Below are positions 1-39,163 of a stretch of DNA of 39,163 nt, piece by piece. Made by a program: the position numbers and the translations under genes. Origin of the DNA: Octopus bimaculoides (Eukaryota); the NCBI RefSeq assembly GCF_001194135.2, contig NC_068982.1:107733123-107772285 (forward strand), written 5' to 3'. The notes below the pieces were generated by a model, which was not told the origin of the DNA, made no database searches, and saw only the letters and a program-made list of their open reading frames with translations. Each line of letters begins with the position of its first letter. Within the stretch, counting starts at the first letter, position 1.

Positions 1-59
1 ACCATTCGGGAGTGAAGAATGTGGGTAGAACGAAGGATGTGGTTGGAACAAAGGAGCGA

Positions 60-690
60 AGGATGTGGGTGGAGTGAAAGATGTGGGTGGAACGAAGGAG
101 TGAAAGATGTGGGTGGAACGGAGGAGTGAAAGATGTGGGTGGAACGGAGGAGTGAAAGATGTGGGTGGAACGGAGGAGTGAAAGATGTGGGTGGAATGGA
201 GGAGTGAAAGATGAGTGAGCAAAAAGAGAGGTGAAATATGTGGGAACAAAAGGATGGGTGAAATATGTGGGAGCAAAAAAGAGGGGTGAAATATGTGGGA
301 GCAAATAGAGGGGTGAAATATGTGGGAACAGAAGGAGGAGTGAAATATGTGGGAGCAAAAAAGAGGTGTGAAATATGTGGGAGCAAAAGGAGGAGTGAAA
401 TATGTAGGAGCAAAAAGAGGGGTAAAATATGTGTGAGCAAAAAGTGGGGTGAAATATGTGGAAGCAAAAACAAGGGTGAAATATGTGGGAGCAAAAAAAG
501 GGGTGAAAGATGTGGGAGCAAAAAAAGGGGTGAAAGATGTGGGAGCAAAAAGAGGGGTGAAATATGTAGGAGCAAAAAGAGGGGTGAAATATGTAGGAGC
601 AAAAAGAGGGGTGAAATACGTGGAAGCAAAAACAAGGGTGAAATATGTGGGAGCAAAAAAAGGGGTGAAAGATGTTAGAGTGAAAGATGT
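60..690. repeat. G/A-rich minisatellite: 26-bp units followed by related ~27-bp units
   Basis: GAGGAGTGAAAGATGTGGGTGGAACG in tandem (~70-210), then AGCAAAAAGAGGGGTGAAATATGTAGG-like units (~215-690). Confidence 0.9.
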
Positions 691-1009
691 GGGAGGGAAG
701 AGGGAGTGTAAGAAAAATCAAAGCCAGAAGAAAGGAGTGTCATGGCAGGAAGAGGAGAGCTACATGAGGAAGTGGGGGGAGATTTCTACTTTTGCTAAAT
801 GCCTGTAGATAACTTCAAAATGAAAATCAAGTAAACAGAGTGAGGTGGGGCAAGTTAGCAATCATCAAATCTAATTTGTCATACTTTACAACTATAAATT
901 TTATATTTCAGATTTAGAAAGGAAAGTAATGTGGGCATGATAAATGCTAGAGTCCTTTGCAAAACTAAGTCCTGGCACTGTTGCATGTGTGTAGGCATAT
1001 ATATATACA

Positions 1010-1615
1010 CGACCAGGCCCTCCTCCCAACTTCCTCTGCAAGACACTGCCACCACTCTTCATCTCTCTAACAGAAGCTTTTCCTTGATATCCGTCCCTCA
1101 TTCTTAATACTGTCCTCTCCACCCACATTTCACATCAACCTCCATTTCTGAGCCACCAAATTATTTCACTTCTTCCACCACCACATTTTCCCTCTACCCA
1201 TACACTATACCCAAACTCTCTTCTCTCTCTCCACCCACTTCCTACTCTTCATCCCAACCCAACCACTCATTATCTCTCATTTTACCCCAGACTTATTATT
1301 CTACTACTCTTCCTCCCATCATCACTGGTCACACCCACCCCTTATTCACCCTTCAACTTTGTCTAAACTCTACAATTGTCACCTACTCTTCCCTACCTTG
1401 CATATTTATGATCCACTCAACACTTATCCCTCATCCATTATATTCACCCCGACTCACTATCCCTCACTCTCCCATACACTCTCGCAACATCTACCCACAC
1501 ACACTCATTTCTTCTGTCCCACTTCCTTCAGTGTGACTCACCTTATACCTACATTATCCACACAAACACCTCATCACTATTTTTACCTCTTCCTCTCCAC
1601 CTGATCACTCTCCCT
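1010..1615. repeat. C/T-rich low-complexity tract
   Basis: Strong G depletion on the + strand; no coding signal. Confidence 0.7.
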
Positions 1616-1759
1616 TCTGAAGTGTGTGAAGCCATGAGTTCCTCTACAGCAAGAAACCTGTTCTGCTTTGGCCCCTTCTCTCACATTTTAACTTTTCATC
1701 TTGTGGCATAAAGCCACTTTTCTTGGGGTTTGTAGTCTTGCAAGTTGCAGAGCGACCTT

Positions 1760-1950
1760 ACTAGTGATGGTGGCACATGAAAAGCACCCAGTACATACTG
1801 CAAAGTGGTCAGCATTAGGGAAAACATTCAGTTGAAGAAATCATGTCAAAATAGACAGTGGAGCATGATGCAGTCCTTGGACCTGATGGATCTTGTCAAA
1901 CCATCCGATCCATACCAGCATGGAACAAGGTCATTAAATGATAATGAAAA
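1760..1950 (+). mobile_element. Degenerate SINE-type repeat with RTE-like 3' tail (same family as 38939-39163)
   Basis: aaaagcacccagtaca...cagcatggaa...cattaaatgataatga resembles the reverse complement of 38939-39163. Confidence 0.6.
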
Positions 1951-2715
1951 GGAGGAGAGTTGTTAACTTCAGCGAGAATTAATGACTTCTTATATTGACA
2001 CAAAGTCACAGATTAAGACAGTAATAAACTGAATAGATCCATGTATGTTATTTATACTTCTTAGAGCAACTTGGAAGAAAAATCTAAGATACATAAGACT
2101 ACAACTTCAAACATGAAGGGAGGAATCCAAATACATCATCTATATTTATTCATTTTTCATACTGGCATGGGTAGAACATGTCACCACAGTTCAAATGAGT
2201 TCTTATTCAAGGGTTACTACTCTCTTAGGTAGGGTCAGTGAACTACACCTCACTCACAAGTTTCATTTTCGTATGTCTTCTATAGCTGGGTGACCTTCCT
2301 AACACCAGCACTAGAGGTCAAATTATCCTGCCTTTGATAAGACAAAACTAAAAGACTCATCTGACCTTATAATGTCACCACAGGATCGCCAACTACTTTA
2401 CAGTAAGTACTGGCTTGTTTTATACCTTGCAAGACAGAAGGGATGGGGGGAGGGTTCTCCACTACTTTATGTGGTCTTCATTTCTTCAAAGCAAATTTGC
2501 TCTTGACACTGCATATAGACTGTCTTATTACTAAAAATAAACTATGACAAGTGACAATGTAGAAAACTGTTGCTCATTTATCAAAGCAGTAGCTTTTACA
2601 TTTATATATAAAATAATGTCACTATTCACAGTAGAACAAAAAGTATCTGAAAACAAAGACTGCTAAAAACAAACATAGAACAAAATAGCAAAAAAAAAAA
2701 AAAAAAAAAAAAAAA

Positions 2716-3057
2716 NNNNNNNNNNNNNNNNNNNNNNNNNNNNNNNNNNNNNNNNNNNNNNNNNNNNNNNNNNNNNNNNNNNNNNNNNNNNNNNNNNNNN
2801 NNNNNNNNNNNNNNNNNNNNNNNNNNNNNNNNNNNNNNNNNNNNNNNNNNNNNNNNNNNNNNNNNNNNNNNNNNNNNNNNNNNNNNNNNNNNNNNNNNNN
2901 NNNNNNNNNNNNNNNNNNNNNNNNNNNNNNNNNNNNNNNNNNNNNNNNNNNNNNNNNNNNNNNNNNNNNNNNNNNNNNNNNNNNNNNNNNNNNNNNNNNN
3001 NNNNNNNNNNNNNNNNNNNNNNNNNNNNNNNNNNNNNNNNNNNNNNNNNNNNNNNNN
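2716..3057. other. Assembly gap
   Basis: Run of N between poly-A and poly-C. Confidence 1.
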
Positions 3058-3266
3058 CCCCCCCCCCCCCCACCACCACCACTTGACAACCGATGCTGGA
3101 GTGTTTGCGTCCCCGTAACTTAGCGGTTCGGCAAAAAGTGACCGATAGAATAAGTACTAGGCTTACAAAGAATAAGTCCTGGGGTCGATTTGCTCGACTA
3201 AAGGTGGTGCTCCAGCAAGGCCACAATCAAATGACTGAAACAAGTAAAAGAGTAAATGAGTAAAGA
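3058..3266 (+). mobile_element. SINE 3' half (same family as 30699-31239)
   Basis: Near-identical to 31060-31239 (gacaaccgatgctgg...aataagtcctggggtcgatttgctc...aatgactgaaacaagtaaaagagtaa). Confidence 0.85.
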
Positions 3267-3272
3267 ACTTAC

Positions 3273-32389
<29,117 letters not shown>

Positions 32390-35300
32390 CTGAAATGTGT
32401 GATATTATCATTTCAATTACATCATGAAGATACACTTTGAAGAATATCAAATACTTACTAGATGCTTCCCTACACAATATCAAAAGATCTTCATGAGACT
32501 GAAATTTACTGTTAAAGAGATATCTTAAACAGGCAGACATAATCAAAGACACAGTTAAACAGGCTATATTGACAAATATTATGTGAAATGAAACTAAAAA
32601 TAGAGCAAAAAATATATGGTTATTTTAAAATGTTGAAGAATTCATTTTAGACAAAATATATTTGAATGGAGCAATAAAAATTTAATTCATAGGCCTACGG
32701 TTTTATATCTATCTCCAAACTAAAAAAAGATGGGATAGCCTTTAAAAAATTTTGAATTTTAAAATAGGAACTGTTTGAAAACAGGTAATTTATATTTTGG
32801 TCAGTGAATAATAGCGTAACCGATTACAGGTTTCCAATAGGCTAATCACTGGTTCATTTATGGACAAGAGTGTCTGTAATTCAGAAGACAATAAATACTA
32901 CAAAGGATTTTGTTCACAGAACATCACTTTTTAATCCTTTCTGAGTGATACACACACAAGGATTATTTACATCTACTAAACCCCACTTATAAGATAGTCA
33001 AACTGAAACTATGGTAAATGACACTTGAGCAATGTGCCAAACAATGGGATTGAACTCAGAACCACATGGTTGAGAAGTAAACTTCTTGTACAGACAGCTA
33101 CACCTATTAACAGCCTCAGCTCTGAGATATGATTGATATTCATTTTCAATAAAACATACTGAGACAATTAGCTGCTTACTAATTGAAGAATTTTGCTCAA
33201 TATTTTCTTAATTATTAAGTTTTAAACTAACTGCTACCATTACCAAAAACATCCAACAAAAATAAATTTCAGCTGATATTCAAGAAAAGTTTATAATTCC
33301 AAACCTCAAAGTTCACTCAAGACTTAAGGGTGGACAATTCACGATATAGCGTGTTTTTTTCCTTTGCTTTTTTTTTTTTTTTTTTTTTTTTTTGCTTTTG
33401 ACACTCTTTCCTCGGCAGAAAAAGATTTATTCCAACACTATGATACTAAAACACTGACTACAAAGATTCAACCACCATCGTCTATGCAAACAGTATTTTA
33501 ATTTTTTTTTTTAATGCTTATTAATGTAGCTTACATTATTGTGAACAGCTTAAGAAGTGATGCCCACTTTTAAAACTGTGTGATCTGACAATATGCAAAT
33601 ATTGTAATAATCATTTCACAGTATGCTGCCATGGAATAATTGCAAAACATCAAAAAAGAAAAAGAAAAAAAACCATAGCTCTCATAATTTATTGGAAAAG
33701 TGACAGGATAACATTTCTAATTTTAACTGTTGAAGTAGAAAGTGAAATTGGCACCTACTTCTCATCAAAGTTGACTCAAGTAATTAGAGCAATGCACTTT
33801 GGTCAAGCATGCAATACACCAAAGACATGAAACTGAAAAGTTCATTGCTAACAGTCCAACATCAATAAAACTCAGGTACTAAAAATTTGACAAAAATGTA
33901 TTTGTTCGGTTTCCTGACAATGTCTAAGTCAGGAATAACTCAATAAAAACAGTATTTAAAAATAAAAACCTCAACTGAAACAATTCAAACCAACTACAGA
34001 AATCTAATTAAAATGAGGGCTGGAACATTTCCACAATAAAATACAATAATTAGAACATGAGCATTTTTCTATTGTGGTTAACAAAGGAACAAAAAAATTT
34101 ACGTTTTAAATGCGAGTAAAAAATAGATATGTAGAATGCTCATATTGAAGTTAACAAGTTTCTGTAGAACAGATACTAACAAGATAGTATTCTCTGCCCA
34201 AAATATGTTAGTTAACAAATGAAAGTAGGAAACTCAGAATATTGACAACCCTCAGCAAAATATGGCTAAAGAGAAGTGCAGACGATAAAAAAAAAAAGAG
34301 AAAAATTTGCAGATGTTAAAAAATTATCATGAGTGAGGAACCACTCTGTGTGCACCAGAAGCAAATTACAAAAGGTATCATAAATTATTGTGGGGAAGGA
34401 GAAGAGGAGAAAATAGACTGGTGGAAACTTGGCAGTTGACCGTCAAGTAAACTTAGATCTTTAATGGTTGGTGATATCACCAACCATCATAATGATGCAT
34501 ATCATCAATTTCATATTGAAGATGGTAAATATTCTCATCACTTAGCACTATCAGCATGTAGCCTGAAGTAGAATACACTAGTAATAGAGGCCAAGAGGTT
34601 AAGAAGCTGTGCAAAATAGTAAACAAAGAACAAGTTTTACAGAGCTTTCTCAAAAGAGACAGATGATGTAAATAAAATCTTACAGAGATATTAGAATTAC
34701 TATGAAGGACATTTGAACAAAGTATGACTCATTTGTCATATGAAGAACTATTACGAGCCAAAAACATGTTTTGGCAATAAAATGATTTCCTTATAATCCA
34801 AGTGAAGAAAACTTAAGATAGCATCCAAATAGGATTACAAATTTTCATAGGTAAAGAAGAAATAGATACTGATGCTTCAAAGAAAGAAACAATGTCCATC
34901 ACTTAATGAAAAAACAACATCAACATAGCTAATTAATACAAAAAAAAAAAAAAAAATCTATGTTGGTATTTTAAATAGCTAATTGCAACAACCTTGGAAG
35001 AATTTTTGTTTTCCTTACAGAAGATTACACCAAATAAATTTTGTGACAAACATGCAGGAATTGCATCATCAAAACAAGAATCTTACAACGCTTCTGACAA
35101 AATTCCACTACTAATGCTTTCAATAATTTTTTCTTTTTTTTTAATCAACAAAAGAACAAAGTCATGGAACTAAAGAACAGCATACAATAAGGAACATATT
35201 TGAAACAGATGATATTATAACCATGCCATTATCATACACAAGGAAATGAGCACTCATTCTGTTAAGCATGGATTTTTATTTTGCCCACCACTAATATCTT

Positions 35301-36599
35301 ATATCTTTATTATACTTGGGGGGCACTTTGGGTTTCTATGGCCTAAGCATTAAAGATTGAATCTGAAAAACAATCTTTTAATTTAAAAAAAAGTTTATTT
35401 TTGAATCTTGATTGGGGTTAGAAGATTTAAAGTTACATTAATTTTTACATATAAATATTTTCTTTCCATTTGAGTGTATAAATATATTTTGTTTGCATCT
35501 GAAAGTATCAATTATTTCACTCTGTGAAAATTAACATTTTTTCATATTTTTTTTTTCAAGGACGAAAGTGTAATTATAAATGTAAACAAAAAGTATTTTG
35601 AAGCTTCAAATGTAAATGAAACGTATTTTCTATATTAAATATATATACTGCAGCCGTAGATTCCCTTACCCTAATTGATTTCTAATTCTAAAAAAAAAAT
35701 TTCAGAATCTGAATGCTTGACAAGAAAAAACAAAAATCCTAAAATTGACAGGTGGGCAATGATAAAAAAGGTTGAGATGGGTTACAAAATCAATGCTTAA
35801 ACGAATAAGTACAAGAAAATATATGCATCTAATACTACAAAAGATAACTGACAATGGTTTGCAATACACTTAATACATTCGTTTAACACTTGTAAAGGTA
35901 ATTACAAGGAAGAGTCATTTTAGCCATCTAAAAACACAAAGACAGCTATAGTCACTTTCTGTTTATTTCATGAGCTATCCAAGATTTTTTATTTTATTAC
36001 TGCTATTTGGTCAATGGCACAGTTCCATTGCAATAAAATTGTGTTGGTAACCAGATCACACAGGTGCAACACTTTATGAAATAAATGAAATGTGAATATA
36101 ACTCTTTTCTTGGACATGTTTTAGATGGTTAAACTGGCTCTTCTGCAATGTAATTGCTTCAGTTTCCACACATGGTTTCAGATCAAGTCACTTGCCAAAC
36201 AATACTGAAATAGTTTTAGAAGATCATCAATATTTCCACCAGCATTCATACTAATTAGAACATTAAAGTAATCATCTTTTTACATCGACAAACCAAACAG
36301 TAACTCTACAGACATTGTTGTTGCTAGACTTAAAATCCAACGGCACTGATTTATGTTAAGGGAAAACTTAAAACTTCTAATGAAGTAAGGAAATGTCATT
36401 ACTAAAATATGTAATTTCTTCAACAATATACAGTGTTTGATATACAATAACTACTTGAATTCAAATAAATAGAATAGAAAAATAAAAATACTTCATAAAA
36501 AAAAGAAAATACTAATGAACTTTCAGACTTCAAATGTTAATTACTATTGATATAAAATTATCTAAATTCAGACAATTCAATAATGGTAAATTCTCCATC

Positions 36600-36945
36600 A
36601 ATCTTGAAGATGGAGCAGACAGTTGTTAGATCAACTGAATTCCTCTAGTGAAATTTACACATAAGTGGCTGAATATTCAACAGATACATGTACCCTTAAT
36701 GCAATTCTCAGGCCAAATCAGCAGGACAAAAGGCTGGATCTTAGAATACAAGTACAATCTATAGAGAAAGAGAGAAACGACCCCAATATTGGATTGATAT
36801 TTTATCAACCACAAAAGAAATAAATACAATGAAGGTAAAATTCACACTGGCAGAATTTAAATTCAGACCATAAAGAGCTGCAACAAATAGCACAAGGCAT
36901 CCTAACCGATGCTCTGATGATTCTGCCAATTTGCTGCCTTCAATT
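36600..36945 (-). mobile_element. Old SINE fragments
   Basis: gtgaaatttacacataagtggctga...tacccttaatgcaattctc matches 8090-8150; followed by a second degenerate SINE-like segment. Confidence 0.5.
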
Positions 36946-38938
36946 CAGCAACAGCATAAATAAAATATCAAATAAGTATCTTGTGTGACCTGACCAACCT
37001 GACTTACATCTACTAAATAATCAAACCATAAGCAGATATATTGAAAATCTAAACTTTGTAAATAAGTAATTCTATTGCTGAGACAATGGGCAAAATAGTG
37101 AAGTGTACACAATTAACAAGCAATCAACAGCTGGTATCAAAACTTTACAGTTATTAGAAAAAGAAAATAAACTTATTCTTAAAATATTTCAATTTATTTG
37201 ATGTTTTTTTTTTCCTTCTATTCAACTCTTTAACTGTATTTCTCACTGTCTGCTTTTGTCTAACATGCCATTTGTTTTTGCAATTATATTTCTATTCCAT
37301 TTTTGAGTGAAATAAGAATATGGAAACGATTGAATCCCTATTCCAATAAAACTCTCTAAAAGGTATATTCTAGCTGAAGGTATTAAACAGATCTACTTTT
37401 TCACTATTATAGAGGTTAAACTAGATAATGCTGAGAGATCATAACTGCTTTTTCACTTTTTTTTACAAAAAACAAAAAAAAAAAAACATGCAATTCTAAG
37501 TATAAAAAAGTAATCGAAACATGGCATAATTCGAGCAATCATGAATGATAAAGGCTTAGAAACAAGATATAATACAAAGTGTCCCATAACACATGCTGAC
37601 TTAACTGGCAACATGAACCGTTTAACATGTACAATGTATAATTATAGCTATGTACAATATATAATTGCATTCCATACAATTAGAATTTGTTGTATTACAG
37701 CATTATTAATTACCAACATGAACAGATAGTGTTATTGTAGCAAACACATCTTAATGCAAGGAAACTAACACTCAGAATCGTCTTTATGCACCAATAAATA
37801 TTACTTGCAGAATTAGATAATTTGGAGAAGCATACAATTTCCATAACAAGCAACTCCACAAGAATACTGAGGAAACCTGGCTGAATAAGTGACTAAAGCA
37901 ATCTGAGAGTCATCATAATTTTAATTCTGTAGTATTAGAAGAGTTATTACATCAGGAACTACAAATAACTTTGCTCATTCTATTATGCTTTCTCCCTTGT
38001 AAATTTGATTGCTCAAACAAAACTACTCAATATAAGCCAGCCAATATAGTGGCCATAATTGGAGTGCTACAAAGCCTACATTGTTCCTCACTGAAACTAT
38101 GTTCCAAGAAAAATGTGTATCACTTAACACTCGACACCTCTCTCCACCCTTCAAAAAAAAAAAAAAAAAAAAAAAAACATTTTGATAAACTAGTAAATAC
38201 CAACTTTTTTTTTTTTTTGCTTTTGTTAAAGAATAATCTCATGCTATAACATTCTAAAATTTGATACATGTTACCAATTTACCATTTTATTGAAATGTCA
38301 AATTAAGTATGTGCAATGATTTAATATCTAAGTTTTATTTTCTGAAATTCTAATTGTAATGGCTTGCAAAAAATCATCTTTCAATTTATTTTGCATGATT
38401 TATCAGACAACCTATACATAAAATGGGACAAATTGTATATACCATAAAACATCATTATAGAAACAGCGTTTCTATAGAAATTAATAAAACTAATGTCAAC
38501 ACGAAACTAACAAAATAACTTTTCAACGTTCTAAAATGAAATTTGGTTGTTTCATAGTTTGTTCAAAGAAAGGTTCTGAACAGTATTCTGTTCTTATTTT
38601 ATTGATAGGAAGTCTACTGAGGTAGAGGTTGCTTCATTGAAGTGATCAAGTAATTACACAGACATTCATAGCTGGCTCATATAAAAAGTTGCCAATTTTA
38701 TTGACATTAGAAGAAATTGTCTGAAATTATTTAACTTGCTTGTCAAAGGTTTTAGAGGACAGGAAAAGGCCTATTTTTACAATTTTCAATGTATTTTTTT
38801 AATTATCCAGTATACCAATCTACTTAGGTCAGTCAAGATGTAGAATGCTATTTGAGATTTTTTCCCTTTCAGTTCAATTAAGTTATAGAAACTAAAACAC
38901 AGAATCAATTCAAAAAGCTTAAATAATTTAAATATATT

Positions 38939-39163
38939 ACATCATCATCATCATCATCGTTTAACGTCCGCTTTCCATGCTAGCATGGGTTGGACGATTT
39001 GACTGAGGACTGGTGAAACCGGATGGCAACACCAGGCTCCAGTCTGATTTGGCAGAGTTTCTACAGCTGGATGCCCTTCCTAACGCCAACCACTCAGAGA
39101 GTGTAGTGGGTGCTTTTACGTGTCACCCGCACGAAAACGGCCACGCTCGAAATGGTGTCTTTT
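38939..39163 (-). mobile_element. SINE-type element with RTE-like 3' end and (GAT)n tail, running off the window
   Basis: (ATC)n on the + strand then tttaacgtccgctttccatgc...ggatgcccttcctaacgccaacc; low apparent divergence. Confidence 0.75.

Noticed and set aside
60-690. CRISPR-like array
   Set aside because: Contiguous tandem units with no unique spacers, in a eukaryotic intron.
265-808. Repetitive ORFs 265-678 and 449-808 (KRGVKYVGA and CGSK repeats)
   Set aside because: They are translations of the ~27-bp minisatellite; no splice or homology support.
1-3272. Next coiled-coil exon after DLEEQ
   Set aside because: Not found in sequenced bases; it is either before position 1 or inside the 2716-3057 gap.
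32459-32469. 11-nt microexon candidate tag|GGAAGCATCTA|gtaagt just upstream of the GELENQ exon
   Set aside because: Not frame-preserving alone. It would need the 7-nt candidate at 35087-35093, which has a poor pyrimidine tract. The alternative 40-nt version is also out of frame.
32390-39163. P-loop exon (GESGAGKT) of the myosin
   Set aside because: Not detected; it is presumably beyond the window end.

Overview
AT-rich eukaryotic genomic DNA with three N gaps. The repeat families look like those of an octopus-type coleoid cephalopod (inference from recognised repeats, not proven). The whole window lies inside one minus-strand gene, a non-muscle myosin II heavy chain (MYH9/MYH10/zipper type). 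I traced 16 exons by hand (32389 down to 3273, 2216 nt, 738 codons + 2 nt) that splice in one open frame from [17 protein letters not shown] through the motor domain, IQ neck and start of the coiled coil. The 5' exons (P-loop) and the rest of the rod were not found in the window. Introns hold tRNA/CORE-type SINEs, RTE- and CR1/L2-type LINE relics, two decayed mariner elements, MITE/fold-back elements and mini/microsatellites. The best novel candidate is an in-frame 15-nt microexon (17713-17727, NSDGK) in the 9.8-kb intron between switch II and the relay helix. It has a 108-nt AG-free zone, UGC motifs and a downstream UGCAUG. Also notable: a GC-AG intron, a 147-bp-arm intronic hairpin, and codons where A-to-I editing would restore conserved residues.
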